64,000 nt of DNA from Oikopleura dioica (GCA_907165135.1 OU015569.1:4402001-4466000), one strand, 5' to 3'; numbered from the stretch's first letter, positions 1 through 13,424 are shown. Program-made: numbers and translations. The notes: a model not told the origin generated them from the letters alone.

Positions 1-848
1 AAGAGGGCAGCGTCCCAGAACTCCTCGGCATCGGAATAGACGATCCAGTCACTATCCGACGGAATCGATGGTGCCATCTGGTCGACTCGCTCGAACATAA
101 CGATGAAATTGACGAAATCAATGCCCTAGAACCAGATAAATGTTATCCTGTTTTGAAACTATTTCTGATTACCTCGAAGTCTGTATTCGTATGAGTGATT
201 GCATAATCATCCTGGAAGGACTTTGAATTGCTCGGAATCACGTTGGCATCATAGAAGTGAATCCAACGCACTCGATGGGAGGTCGAAGCCAGCCAGAAAT
301 GAGTAACTGATGCTTTCTTAAACTCGTTCGGCGCTAAAAGATTAAGTAGATCAAAATACACTTGAGGATTGTTGATTCTACCTTGGTAAATGCAACCCGC
401 TCGACTGGTGCTCGTTTGTTCCCAACACGTGATTCTTATTTGAGTTTTTCACGGTGAATTCGGTCCGATAATATCAAGATCTACCAATCAACATTTTATG
501 GTAAAAAATTTTTACTAAAAATACAAAACTAATCAACCAAATTTCGATTTGGCCATGAGCAACTCCAGTCCTGTAGACTTGTCCTTGCTCAGAATTAGTC
601 TGAGCGTTTTGCTTGCCGAATAGATCGACGACCTTGTCATTTTCGATCTTTCCATTGGGCCGCGCGCCGTGGACGGGTTTGAATCGTGAATCGCCATTAA
701 AAAAGCTGTTCTCGTCGGTCTTCTTACTTTTGCCTTCCACTTGGGCTAATGCTGGATCAACGCTTTTCTCGTCGTTTTCCTCAATTTTAAATCCTGTCAG
801 CCGGCATTCGGCGACAACGAGGAACGAAAAGAAACTACTCCACAGCAT
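1..848 (-). CDS. Secreted protein of unknown function, multi-exon, 3' end runs off the window start
   Basis: ORF 474-848 starts with a signal-peptide-like MLWSSFFSFLVVAEC. Further open coding-like segments lie at about 143-440 (..FWLASTSHRVRWIHFYDANVIP..) and 1-128 (GIDFVNFIVMFERVDQMAPSIPSDSDWIVYSDAEEFWDAAL). No family recognised. Confidence 0.5.
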
Positions 849-1438
849 TAAACGATAACTTTTTCAAGAGTTCAATAAGAGGCTTAATAAACTACTGGGA
901 ATAATTGATGTGCTTTTCGACAGCTTGCGAACTGATCGGAAATATTCTCTTTGAAAGATTAATTGAATTACAGAAGATTTCTGAGAAACAGTAAATCGCT
1001 TCTTCTGATGATCTATTCTCTTCGTTATTAAAACTCTTGCCTTTATGAAAACCACGAAAGCAATGAGCCCAAGGTTTGTCTTATAAGGGAAATAGCGCGA
1101 ATAAGCCCAGCGCTCTAAAAAAGCTAAAAAGCAAGGAGTAAACACTACGTCGGAATGTTTATCCTCATTCAACCACCTTCATATAAATGAAGAGAACAGT
1201 TTGTGGTGCTTCTTAACGTGAAGACGCTATCCGCTAAGTTGAATTCTACTCGGTATTTGTGTTCGATTATTTATTTATTTTTACATTTATTTTCAGAAAG
1301 AAGGAGAAGTTAGAAAAGTCAACTCTTGCTCAAATGACATGATTAAATTATTAGGGTCTCAAAGTAAGACAAAAATGAGCAACGTTGCAAAATATGCACA
1401 GATCAACATAAGCAGCGATCAACAGGAGCGGTCTTTTT

Positions 1439-1746
1439 TCATCGGAAGAATTTGCTGAAGGAGTTCTCGAGCTTCGAATGAGGGATCGGAACGCGCCGCG
1501 TTTGCATCGAAAATCGAGGTCGTATTTGCTCTTGATTAACAGTTAGTTTTTATTGTAACGGATTGAGTGAAACTTACGGAAAGGGCGGGCGCCGTAGGAA
1601 ACCCGGAAATGTTCTTGATTTCTTTCATCGAAGTCGCGAATGTCTACGCCGCGTTTTGAACTTTTGTGTCCATAGAACTCATCTCCAAATTTTAAAAAGG
1701 CCTCGACGGACAGAAATAAATTGCAAAGCAAAATGACGACTCTCAT
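1439..1746 (-). CDS. Small secreted basic peptide precursor A (2 exons)
   Basis: Signal peptide MRVVILLCNLFLSVEA and an internal KR site. A GT-AG intron (gtaagtttc...aatcaag) joins in frame to QQIRPRFSMQTRRVPIPHSKLENSFSKFFR*. Confidence 0.6.
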
Positions 1747-2182
1747 GGCGAGTTTTTAAAAAATTATGAATTTTCTTTCGAAATGAAAGTAGCAAAGTGA
1801 GGCTGAATTGATACTCGCCGTACGCTTTTAAATGGGCCAGATGTCGCTCAAGTTATCTCGGGCACTGGCTTCGGGGCACTATTTTTACTTTGCATCGAGC
1901 ATGACTATTTTTCTACGGGAGGTAGGGCCTTTAGTATATAGAATATGAATGCCTTTTAGATCAATTCTTGATAAAGACTACTTGTAAAGAGAGTAAAGAG
2001 ATTATGGAAAATCAAAATAATCCTAAATAGTAAATAAGAATGCAGGGATCAAGAAGTAAGAAATAATAATCTCACGGATTCAGGCGCCCCGGAATTTTAA
2101 AGTCAGAAAATACAGTAGTCATTTTATAGCATAGAAAGAAGCAAAGTTTTGAGAAAAGCGGGAAAAGTTTAGATGACTGAAT

Positions 2183-2428
2183 TTATTGAGAAGTAAAAAG
2201 AGAACGTTTAGCTATGGCTTCGAACTCGGCGAAAAACTTCTTCAATTTCCTGCCGGACCAAGTGTTTTTGTTAGAGTTGAACCAACGAATGCGAATCGAC
2301 ACAGGAGGGGGTTCGTTTGTGCTGATTGTGAAGATGTTGACGTTATTGCGAAGTCGATTGAACCCGATTGCGTCGCCGAAAACGCTGCCACTGAACGAAA
2401 AAATGAGTAAATAGGCGAAAATTTTCAT
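2183..2428 (-). CDS. Small secreted basic peptide precursor B (DxIGFNRLRNN family)
   Basis: Signal peptide MKIFAYLLIFSFSGSVFG followed by DAIGFNRLRNN, a motif shared with the neighbouring ORF. TATA-like TATAA about 40 nt upstream on the minus strand. Confidence 0.7.
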   Translation of the reverse strand: MKIFAYLLIFSFSGSVFGDAIGFNRLRNNVNIFTISTNEPPPVSIRIRWFNSNKNTWSGRKLKKFFAEFEAIAKRSLFTSQ

Positions 2429-2686
2429 TCTTCGCTATGAGTGGGATCGTTTTCGGGGTACGCGGCGTTATATGCTTTTCTCAATATGTTAATTTTCCGA
2501 CAATGCTACTCGATTTCCGTAAATCACTCATTCCTATGAAAAATTTGTCTTCTTTTTCGAATAATTAAGAAACTAATTGGTAAATATTTTTGTCTGAAAA
2601 TGTCGAACAAAGACGAAAAAGAGCTAACCACATGATTGCTGTTTTATTTTTATAGGACAAAAAGAAGTAAGTACAGAAAGTTCCAT

Positions 2687-2905
2687 TCACCGTCTTTTGA
2701 CGAATGCAGCTCGGCCGTATCTTCGGCGAAAGAGTATTTTGAGCCGCTTCAAGTCTTTGTCGTCTCCTTTGAGTTTGTAGAGCGTTTGTGGGGAGTTTCT
2801 GCTGTTTGATTTCTTGTTGAAGCTGTCGATATTGTTTCGAAGACGGTTGAAGCCTATCGAATCGGCGAAGGCAAAAGAAGCGAAGACAAGGAAGAGAAAG
2901 TTCAT
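2687..2905 (-). CDS. Small secreted basic peptide precursor C (DxIGFNRLRNN family); may splice to a short 3' exon ending near 2527
   Basis: Signal peptide MNFLFLVFASFAFA followed by DSIGFNRLRNN; very K/R-rich. A possible intron gtgaat...aacag gives ..KRRNHVVSSFSSLFDIFRQK.. Confidence 0.7.
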   Translation of the reverse strand: MNFLFLVFASFAFADSIGFNRLRNNIDSFNKKSNSRNSPQTLYKLKGDDKDLKRLKILFRRRYGRAAFVKRR

Positions 2906-3418
2906 TTTTCTTGTTTTTCGGCGAGTTTGAATGAAACTGTCTTCGCTGATTGCTTTTTACTGAGTTGGTTATGGGTTCTTATGCAACATGATTATGATGG
3001 GAGGAGTGCTCTAGTGCCAACGTTACGTTTTTAATCTGATAACTAAATGTGTACGGCAACACTCAACTATACCCTACACTGGAGACTCGTCACCGGTTCA
3101 TATCCACTATATAATCAGTTTCAAGCGTAAAAAAAATCAGGAAAGATGTTTTTTTGTTATAGAAAAGGCTTATGGAAAGGGCCATATTAGATTGGGATCC
3201 TCGGTAAGCATATTATGAAGCGTCTTTTTTTAACGTCTTTTTTTAACAGTTCTTTCGACTTCAAGTCAAAGTAGTATAACACTGTTTTCTGAAAATGAAG
3301 CAAAAGTTTTCAATTAGTTTCTGGAAAATAATAATCATTGCTTTCTTCTTTTATATTGCACATTCATTTACTGATGAAGACTTTGAAGATTAGGGTCATT
3401 TTTGTACAGGGAGAGCTT

Positions 3419-6400
3419 TTAAACGATGAATTCGTCCTCGTTGATTTCATTTGCGGCTGTAGAAACATGACTTGGAGCGATTTGAACTTGTTTTAATTCT
3501 TTGATGAGAGTTTGAACCTTAAAAATAACTGTTTCTCTGTTTAAAAAAAAAAATTATTGTAAAACTCATATTCTTGAAAGAATATATTGTTTGTTAGAAG
3601 AGTTTGACATAACATCAGTAAGTCCTTACCTGCTCCTCCAAAACACCATATTTCTTGACGAGCAGAGCAGTTTCCGCCGCGAGAGCACGTGCCTCAGCAC
3701 TTATTGCACTGAGTGGAATATCGCTTTGCTGTTTTCGTAAAGCGGAGAGTAATTTATTCGAGAGTCGCTGGACGCGGAAGACTTCCTCGCGCACAGAAAG
3801 CACTGGTAGCAGCTCAAAGATACCACGCCGAGCAATGAAAGAACGTTCGCTTGAGGAAGACCGTCGTAGCGTCTTGATCAAATTGTTAGCACCTTATTAC
3901 AAAAGACAAAGTTTCCCTGCTGAATACCTATCTTGTGATCACGAATAAGTTTGTTTTAATTGGCGATTAGTCCCAAGCCATTTACAACAATATTCATTCA
4001 ATAAAAAACGGGCTTGGAAAGATGATTGATCGCTCAGCAATCATTCGAGAAAAGATAGATTACACCCTTATATATGTAACGAGGAGTAACAATATTAATT
4101 CCTAGCTAAGTACTATATCTAAGTACCTGATCGGTTAGCATCGAACGAATCGCCGACTTGAGGTGAATTTTGTTTTGAACTCCACTTCGTAGATTCGCAT
4201 TTTCCGTTTTTAGCTAAGAAATCATTCACAAAGAAAATTGAAGAAGCACTTACTTTTTGTAGCTCATCCTGAAGAGGTTGCAAGTCTGTCAAGTCCGGAT
4301 TACTGAGTCTCTTCAATCGATCGTTTTCGATTTCAAGCTCTTTGACCGTAGATTGCTAAAATACCAATTATAAAGATTGGTTTTTCCTAAAATTGCTCAC
4401 CAAAACGAGCATTTCTTCTTCTAAAAATTCTGTATCTGTAGTTTGCAAGTAATCGAGTTTTGTTTTCAAATCTTCGTTGTCCTGTTCTAGTTGCCGGAGC
4501 TGGGAGATGAGGATCGGTTCTTCTGAAGTAGAGGATCGTGATTGTTGATAGAAAAGCAGCTTGTCTTTTAGGTCCTTGTTGAGCTTGTTCATTTCTTGCA
4601 GTGATTCCTTGAGAACTTCTATTTCAGCCTGAAGATGACATTAAAACGCATTCAAATTTTTCCATTAGGAAATGAAATTGTTATTTTACAATGAGCTTAA
4701 TATACTGTTTCCATTACCTGAAGCAATCCATTAGCCTTATCGGTTTCGGATCGATATTCGGGAGCAATAAGGCTCTCCTCGCGGTCCGGACTAACCGAGC
4801 GCCCGTGTAAACTCAAATGATCGAGTTGATTCAATAATCGCTTGTTGTCTTCCTTCAGTGCTCGTTCGTTTGTCCGCAACTGCAAAATCTGTAGATAGAG
4901 CTCACGGTTTTCTTCTTGATCAGCTCTTGCGCGCATTTCCAGCCGCTCGACTTCATTCTGTAAATTAAGATGGGCTTCTACATCTACACTCGATTGTTCG
5001 TCCAGTTTTTGCGCCTTTAGCAACCTTAATTAAGAAAGATAAGGCTCTTATTTTCCCGATCCAGAAGTTAATTGACTGCAATAAAGATTGGATCAGAAAG
5101 CGTACTGCAGCCAAATCAATACTTAATGGTGATGAAATCGACATTATATACCTATATTCCAATATTTTGACGTATCTGGACAGCTCGGACAGCTGGCGTT
5201 GCTGTTGTTCGTCCTTGGTCACCGCAGTCTGATCGTCTTCCTCGAATTTGTCATAAAGCTCGCTTATCTCACCGCGGAGGCACTAGTAGAAAGAGTAACG
5301 ATTGGAGTTTCAAGCTTTACTACTTTTGTCTCTTTGTGAAGACTTTCTGCAAGGGTATTCAACGTTTTGATCGCTTCAGCAAGCGCAATTTGACTTGGGC
5401 ATGGTTTTGGCGGGACACGCGGTTTTCTTCCTAACGAGCCGGAAGCATATTCCATGTTATGGCGACGAGGGCTGCCCGACCCGGTGTAGCCGCCCATATT
5501 GACCCGGTTTTTCAGCGAGGTGATCAGATGGCAGCTTTTGTCGGAGAGAGCGGAGGCCGAGTGCTCAGCTGTTCGCAGATACCCTCTTCTAGGATCATCC
5601 TTGCCATCAAATGAGCTTAGCCGGCGGCGTAATTCTACATCGGGGTGATTTTTTATTTGGAGAAGCCTAATTATCAGTGTTTTTTGGTCATCATTAGAAT
5701 TCGAATCTTAAGGAAAGCTTTATCAAAATAATTCATTAAAAATTTCATCCCTTAGCTACCCATTGGCGGAGATCCTCTTCGCATCCACAGGAGCTTGCCG
5801 GAGCAGACGATGGGGATGAGACAGCTCCGTCTGTCCACATTTTCAAGCCCTGATCGAACTTTATTCGGTGCTTCTCACTATCGACAGGAATCACTAGACT
5901 CTTTAGGGAAGTGTTTATCTGTCTTTTTTCGTCGAAAATCGACAGTTTGTAATCTGACGATACAATACAAAAGGCTCTCATTGAGAGAAAAGGCTTTGAG
6001 AAAGGGAAAGGAAAGCATTACCCGTCCGTTATGCTTCACGGGCTCTACGCTTAATCATAGCTAAGCTCGCCTTTTTAGTACTTTTGATTTAGATGCTTCC
6101 TAAAGTTTATGCCTAGGCACTTTATTGTAATTTTATCACTTTGACGCATCATGACCAGACTTGAGAATTTGAATTATATGACCCGAGCTCATCGTTTAAA
6201 ATTAAGTGAAGAAAGAACCGTTCCTTCCGTCTGGTTTCAATGCTTCTTGAGCGATTGGGCACACGCTTCGGTCGCGCTGACTTGGGCGGCCGTTCATCCC
6301 TTCTTCCGATCGGCTTGTTTGGCGAAGGAGAGCGACAACGCGTTGTTCGTCTGTCTTTTTCGGGTGCACGATCTCTATTGATTCCGCAAATCTATCAGGT

Positions 6401-7454
6401 CGCGTAACTATCATACCACGCATTGGTAATGCGGCGTTACTAATGATTTTTATTCAAATATATTTTGACAAGATGCACCGAGAATATACTCTAGAATATG
6501 TACAAATATATAAATGCAAAAACCTTTCTACTAAAATACTTGGTTTCAAAATCGATATTTTTCAAAGAATCCTATTTGATCTTGAATTCATTCTCAGATT
6601 TATCTGTCTCAAAAGGTCCGGCATAACCCGTCAAGGAATTATCCGTTTTCCATAAAATGATTTCTCTTTGCCTTCTTAGTGCGAATCATTGCGCCCGTCC
6701 CAAAACTTCTTCTGAATTCGTCACTTCTGTTCATTGCAGGCATGAGCTCGTTTGCGAACTCGCCCTTATTCGTTGAGTAAAATAAAGCACAGCTCTGTTG
6801 CTCTAGTTTCAAGATCAAAAGTTTGCGACTGCCATTGGACTTTTGCCATCTTCATATTCTGGCTTTTTTCTTTGGTGCAGCCAGGGCAAAGAATAATGAA
6901 GATTTATGATCCTCAGCACTCTCCGGGGAGTTCGACAGATGGTCGGCTGACATCCTTTATCGATTCGCTTCCGGACCTGCGCCCTATCAAAGACAAAAGG
7001 CGACAAATCGACTGCCTCCAATTAATTCAATTTTCCGAGTGGCATTTTTTACCGGAAGCTTTTAGACAGCCGTGATTGTTGATTTTTTTTCTCTAATCTT
7101 GAAACCTCCCTGGATCGGCATTTTCGGTGGTTGAAGGTCTCTCAAGTGCATTTCTCTATCTTCCTCTTCGTCTTGCTCAATTTTGAACGTGGCGAATATC
7201 GACGAGTCCTTTGGTCTCTTATTTCCCGTCCCACGGGACATAATTATTCCTACTGGTTTCTTTGTATCCGTCTTCGTTTGTATGTAACTGCAGAAATAAT
7301 CCAGTTAGCAGAATCGCGCAAAACTGGTAAAATGGTTGGCCGATGTACTCTAGCTTTGATATACTATACTATATTCGCTCAATTGGCGATTTGCGAAGAC
7401 ATGGGGCTGGAGGAGGAGCGCCCCGGCCGAAATCGATTCTTCATTCGACGACAT
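3419..7454 (-). CDS. Large multi-exon coiled-coil protein; 5' extent uncertain
   Basis: Heptad-rich exons at 3615-3881, 4119-4316, 4368-4592, 4697-5023 and 5150-5282; checked junctions splice in frame (LEEQ|VQTLIKELKQ...EDEFIV*; ETKV|CLRGEISELY). Exons upstream of about 5980 are less certain. Confidence 0.6.
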
Positions 7455-7624
7455 TTTGCAAAAAGGGTTGGGAGAAGAGGCTCAGTTTTAGCGAGGGACA
7501 GTTTAATTATTTAATAGTGAACATCACTACACCGCCGCACACGCGGCATGTCATCGAATAAAATCTATATTAACAAACGAAATTTTATTTCACATTATCT
7601 ACAAAAGAAATAATTAATTCTTTA

Positions 7625-9778
7625 TCATTTATGACTTCTAGGTGCTTCTTTAGTTAATTCTTCAAAACAAACTCTTGAATTTGAGTAACCTATTGCAAAT
7701 TTATTTATACAGTCAAATTGAAGAAAATCAAGTTCGGCAGTGTTCAAGGTCGGAATTATACAATCTGGATTTGAGGGTCGTCGGGTGGCATTATCAAATT
7801 TGGCCACTGGTATTGGAAAATAAATTATTTCATGTCACTTGAAAAGGACATATCGTCGACTTCTTCCAACACATTGTTCATCGGATCTATCAATGGAGCC
7901 ATTATGGAGGAGTAATTGGCGCGAAGCCTTCACTGGGGATTCAAGCCATGCAGTCGATAGGAGGTAAATCGTTGGCAAAATCGTCTGGTAGCAGCCATAC
8001 GAAGGACTTATTGCAGGCCAAAAGAACGGAAGCTTCTCGTTGAAGTCGACCCTGTTAAATTGCCAAATAGCAAAGAAAGAAAAGAGAGCAATAAATACTG
8101 AAGTATTCACAACGCCAATACTTATTTCCTGGTCAGAGTCATGTAACAGAATACCGGTTCTGTATATCAGGGACGCGATTACACAAATTAATAAAACAAG
8201 CCAAGCTGCATTGAGAATTAACGTCAATCCACGGCTGGGAAGCCAAATTGAATAGGAGTCCAGATGAAGAAGATGCTCAAGCATCCGTAAAACGACCTTG
8301 ATCAATCAACTAATTATTTCAACAAACTTAAAATCCACTCACCGTATAAACTCCTAAACACGCGACGAAAGATATCACGAAGTTCGGCGGGATTTTTGAT
8401 TGACCCGAGTCTTGAGTCGTGAAGAACCAATACAACAAAGTCAAACTAAGCACTGGTTCTAAAGCTGAACGCAACTAAATAGTAAAGCGAACTTCATAAA
8501 ATCAATAGGCTACGGAAAGAACCGTCCCTGAAGAAAGATATCTGAAGCTAAATGAGGGCTCAATCACGATCAATTTATAAGCATTGATCCCGAAACGGGA
8601 CAGTATCTTTAGAGTAAGAAGCGTTTGAGCCCTGCCAATTCATCAATAAGCTCTAGCGATTCCCATTTTAGGAGAAAGAAGAGAGGAAATAAGGGATCCT
8701 AGAAAAACGTTCAAAATAAGAATTAAGAATCCCAGAAGGCTTTTGATAAAACGATTTATAAAAGATCAATTATAAAAACAATTTGAACGAGTCCTGATAA
8801 AGTAGCAGCGTTATAAACAGAGCCAGTACCCATTTGTGAGCGGCGCTTCTTTGACTTGGCTCAAGCCTCTTCAGTGAGGCAAGAAAGATAATTGTTGCCA
8901 AAAAAGTGGCCAACAGGCAGCCGAACCGCAACCAAATCAAGGTTTGCGTGAACTTTGGGTTGACGGTCGAGAAAGCAAGAGTTACGTCCGATATGCTCAG
9001 GTTCTTGTCGCGGGCGGTCATGTTCATCTTCTGCAAAACTTCACGCTCCAGAAGCGAGCGCTTCGAGTACAACTGAATATTTTTACAATCGATAAGAGTT
9101 ACTTCCTGCGGAGCTGAGTAATTTTGCTGGCAGTCCACGTTCCGAGAAGCTATCAAAGTATAATCGCGCTCGTGGGCAATAGCTCCTGTAACTGTATTTG
9201 TTTGAAGAAAGTTTAATGAAAAGTCAAGGTCGACGTTTTGATGCTCTTCAAGATTGTTGTTCGCCCTTGCTTAAATGAATTTTAACTTGCTTTAGTGGGG
9301 TGGGAGAATCTTACTGAGATTATCATAGACAAGAGTAGCGTGAGCGGAAGTCCATAGACGGAAGTTGAGAGGCGATAGAACGGGGGACTTCGTGATTACA
9401 TCCTTGACTTCTGCTCAACTAACGTTTTTCATCAACGGAAAGAGCCTTCCAGCGCTTCACAGATGGCAAGTTCTGATGGTTTTTCTAGCATGGATGGCTA
9501 GTCACTTGACAAACCATGGCGCCATATGAAAGGATGTATGAACGGGTCTAGTAGACTTTGTCTATTTCCACTAAGTAAAGTCTTTCGGTCTCAAAGTAGA
9601 GCAGTTCCTGATTGAACAACAGAGATTGGCGGGAAGTTGAAATCCTGGATTGAGGGGCAACCACCAGCTCACCATAAACGGACGCGGCTGCCGCGATTAC
9701 AGCAAAGCTTCCACAAACTGGCCACATTTGCTTTTTGTCAAAGGTCGCCGCGCGACTGGGGACCAGACTAAAGCGCAT
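7625..9778 (-). CDS. TMEM181: Transmembrane protein 181 (Wntless-like TM family)
   Basis: NPKFTQTLIWLRFGCLLATFLATIIFLASLKR...HKWVLALFITLLLYQD(P)LFPL matches the TMEM181 core as I recall it (NPAFS.LEIWFRF..VVLTFIVTCLFAHSLRKF...QKWMSVLLPLLLLYNDPFFPL). Last TM is IYLLSTAWLESP. Confidence 0.85.
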
Positions 9779-10409
9779 GTTTTTATTACGTGCTACTCAA
9801 TGTTCAACGATATCACTAACGCCCGCCTGGTTAATCGAATAAACACCGGATTTTATTGTTCACGTCACTTTTGAGAAAGGCTCGCGCGGCTGAGCCAGCT
9901 AGCTCAGATTTCACTTCAGGTTGAGCAGGCTTGATCCCCTTAGCGAAAGAGCACTGTGCAACCTAATTCCTCCTTTTGAGACTCTTTAGTTCTCTAACAA
10001 GCAAATTAAATCATTGCGCAAAATTTAAGCGACGTAGTTCGCGCCAATTTTCGTGAGCTGTCTTAAAATAGCCCAAATTATCGAATGTGTTTGAAAGGAG
10101 CTCTAATCGAAAATGAGCTGACCTAAAACTGATTGAGCCTCAAAACTCTAGTCTGCTCTTCCTGAATTTAAGTTTGACAAATTCTGCTCCATAACTGCTC
10201 AAGAGCACTTAAAACTGACTTTCGTAAGAGTTCTGTCAAGTATTAATCAACTGAGGATGAAATCAAAGGAATAAGTCTCTTATTCAAAGCCCCAATAAAA
10301 ACTGATTATGCCCGGTAATCCATTTTTCATCCTAGATATTTAGATCTGCCGATTTTGTAAGGTAGCAGCGCACATTAAGGGTAAACCACGTGAAAGCTTG
10401 GCAAAATTC

Positions 10410-11350
10410 TCAGGCAATGTTAAAAATGAGTCTAAGGCATTGGTGAGGCTGAAATTTATCCCCGAAGTGAACGTGTAGAAACTTACATGAAATCTGTTGC
10501 ATTCGACTTTGATTTTCGAAAAAACTGATCAAGAACTCGTCCCAAGCAGATGAGGATTCCGACCAGTGTCGGAAGCAGCAGAAAGTTGTCGCAGATGCTC
10601 TCGGGGTCGGCAGACGTGTCGGACCAGTCCACATTATGGCCTGAACAAAATTGGCTCGCGTTATAAATATTAAAAAAAGCGAATAAATTTCGAAATCAAT
10701 ATAAAAATTGAATAAATTTTGTATCTATAATTCATCTTTGTACAAACTGTCCGATCTGCGCAATTCGTTGAAGAATCTTCTTATTTTCATAAAAATATGA
10801 ATAAATATTTTCTCCTTTTACGGAGAAAGCTCTAGCCACGTGAAACTTTCTTTCTGGATCTCTCACCGCAAGGTCTATTTAGACAATGTGTTCGCCCAGC
10901 ATGATTCTTATTACAAATTTCTAATGAAAGTTAGCTAGAATCCTTCTTGACCTTGTTAATGTTTCATTTAGAATACGTAATAAGCAAGTTTATTCGATAA
11001 GAATTATGTAAAAACCAAAAAGATAAGGCGCCTAATGATATGCCAGCTGTGGATTGAATCTTTGTTCAATGCATATTTTTTCATGAATAAACGTAATTTT
11101 CCGTTTAATTCTTGCTCGACTGGCGAAACAAATATTTTTCTAGGTAGTTAAACGTCTGATTTACTGTTTTTGACAACCGATAATAAATTCCTCTAAATAT
11201 ATTGAGCCGTTTTTTTTTATTAGATCGAAAGCGTCGTTGGCATAAGTACGATTATTTTATTGACCTAAATAATTTTAATCTCTATTTACGGCCTCACTTC
11301 TTGGGCGGTTCCTGTCAATCAAAGTCCGCATATAGCCATACTTCTTCAAT
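10410..11350 (-). CDS. Putative uncharacterised multi-exon gene with one hydrophobic segment
   Basis: Short open exons bounded by splice-like sites, e.g. HNVDWSDTSADPESICDNFLLLPTLVGILICLGRVLDQFF (ending at gtaagt) and NHAGRTHCLNRPC|GENIYSYFYENKK. No family recognised. Confidence 0.3.
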
Positions 11351-11843
11351 ATAGATTATTTAAAGCCCCCTATGAACATAAGTGCTCCACTCTTAAGAAT
11401 TCAAGTTTTCATGCTTTGTATTTAGAATGTGGTTGAAATATTTATTCGTATTAAATTTGGCTTAACATTACTTACTCATTCAAAGTTACACTGAAGGTTT
11501 TCGTTTGCAGATCTCTTGTTGGGATTGATTTTTTTTATAAAAAGTTGGCTTTGAGTGACATTATTTTAGAAGCGAGGATCAGGCTCGATCGAGTGATTAC
11601 TCATTGAACCACCGATTGTTGGAGGTTCACCGGAGAAACGCCACCACCTCCTCCGCTCGCGCGCCCTCACTTAGATCTACAAGCTACTTCTTTGCTTATG
11701 ATTCTCACTACTAAGTACTGATCAGGCGTAAAAATCGTTGCATTGTAATGGTTTAGAAATGTCAGAATTCTCGTCGTAGATACCCTTATTGGTTTATTTA
11801 TTTACAGAATAATATTCACGACTGAAAACAGTGACATCTGAGT

Positions 11844-13424
11844 TCACCAAGCGCTTCTTCCGCTTAAATTTATATGATTATTATTTAGAACCAAATTTTC
11901 ATTTTCCGCTGGTTTCCCATTGACCCTTCTTCTATCATTTGGAGCCCAGCGACTTGATAATGTATCGTCTCCATTTCTGCCTAGAGTCGTCGTCGCTGGT
12001 GTCTCAACGACTGGTGCTTTCAGGTCGAGTCGAGAGCCTTCGTATTTGCCGTATTTCAAAGCCAGCTTCTCTTGTCGAGCAGGTTTCACTCGGACATTGT
12101 ACGTTTTCCAAGCGAGTTTGATAAAATCTGCGATCAGCAACTATTTTTATTTTAATAAAAACTCAACTTTCAATTTAACATCAGCCGATGTTACGAAAAG
12201 TATTAAAATCCCTTCCAGAATCGAAAAAATGCTCATCGCAACCATGTACCGCAAGAAAATTGTTTTCTCCGTAGATCTCATGCTCCAGCAAGTGACAGGC
12301 TTGTTCTGACATGTAGTGAATGATGGATAGTGATAGTCATTTTCCTCGGGCACGGCGGAGTTGCGTGTTCGGCCGCATGAGTAGTGCATAGGCACCTTGA
12401 GTACTGACCACATCCAAAGCGAGCCATTGTCCTTGACGCTGAAGAATTTCTGGTCGTCGAAATCCTGCCCGTTATGCTGATATTGCTGACGCTTATTAAT
12501 AAGCTGTTGAGGGATTCACCTCTGATCTATTCATAAAATACTAGCTTACTTTCAGTGCTAAAATCAACTATTTTTTAATATTAAAAATATTGGAGAATCC
12601 GTGAAAAAAGGAAGACAAGCTCTAAAATGATTTTAACGAAGAGTTGCGCCAGATGACAGCCGACAATTACTGCGTTCGTCTGACTTTCCTCGAGTTTTCC
12701 CTTCTGTATATTCATCCTCTTTTCTTGCCACTGCTTTTTCTCGTTTCGTTGTACGTATCGTTCTCGGTGATAATACTCACTTCGCGCTAATAAAATGTAT
12801 CCGCCTGTGGATCGGAAAAAATGAACTTACCATTGGGATCTTTTGTGATTCTCATGTAAGCATTAGATTTGGAGGAGTTTTTCGTAGATTTTGTCTCACT
12901 GTGAATCGAGAAATTTGATTTGGTGAGCAAAAGCGCTTCACCGGTCTTTGGAGTTCCAAGTAAAGGAGTATTATCATTGATATCCTTGTTCAGCACCTCT
13001 TCTGCTTCCTTATCTTTATCTTCCAGGTCTTTTTTGTAGGCCTTTGCTTTCGCCATTTTTTCGCGCTCGTTTCGTTGGATCACGTACCAAACGACCGTCG
13101 GCAGCGTCAACAAAAACAGCTTCATCTGCATCAGCCTGTCCAGGGAAAACGGCACCATCTCGTTGTGGCATACTTCCTGGCATCCCTTTTCCTGCGAACT
13201 GCAACTGAGAAGGTATATTAGAGAAGAATCAGCAATAAAATCTAGTCCTTGATTTTTTCAACTTACTGGAAAAACTTTAATTCATCACCAAAAGCAGACG
13301 AGAAAGTGACAGTAGGAAATACTCTCAGCATAAAGAATACCACCACATAGATATATCCAATAGTTGTAGAATCTAAAAAGAGGCTTTCGACTGTCCTCTG
13401 TAAGTCGCCAAAATTTAGAACCAT
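11844..13424 (-). CDS. Connexin (gap junction protein), intron-containing; C-terminus may extend to about 11600
   Basis: N-term/TM1 MVLNFGDLQRTVESLFLDSTTIGYIYVVVFFMLRVF; EL1 GDELKFFQ|CSSQEKGCQEVCHNEMVPFSLDRL (C-x6-C-x3-C); TM3 HLAQLFVKIILELVFLF; EL2/TM4 CQNKPVTCWSMRSTEKTIFLRYMVAMSIFSILE. Confidence 0.92.

Noticed and set aside
5745-7454. MPRIP/outspread identity for the coiled-coil gene (AGALLLQP resembling GGWLLLAP)
   Set aside because: Similarity is too short and exon joins are unresolved; no gene symbol assigned.
9885-10210. GAGC/GCTC-rich stretch (similar one at about 32500-32600)
   Set aside because: No regular period, TIR or TSD; not a CRISPR-like array and not assignable to any element.
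10500-10645. LAMP-like TM segment
   Set aside because: No GYxxphi tail or LAMP luminal domain recognisable.
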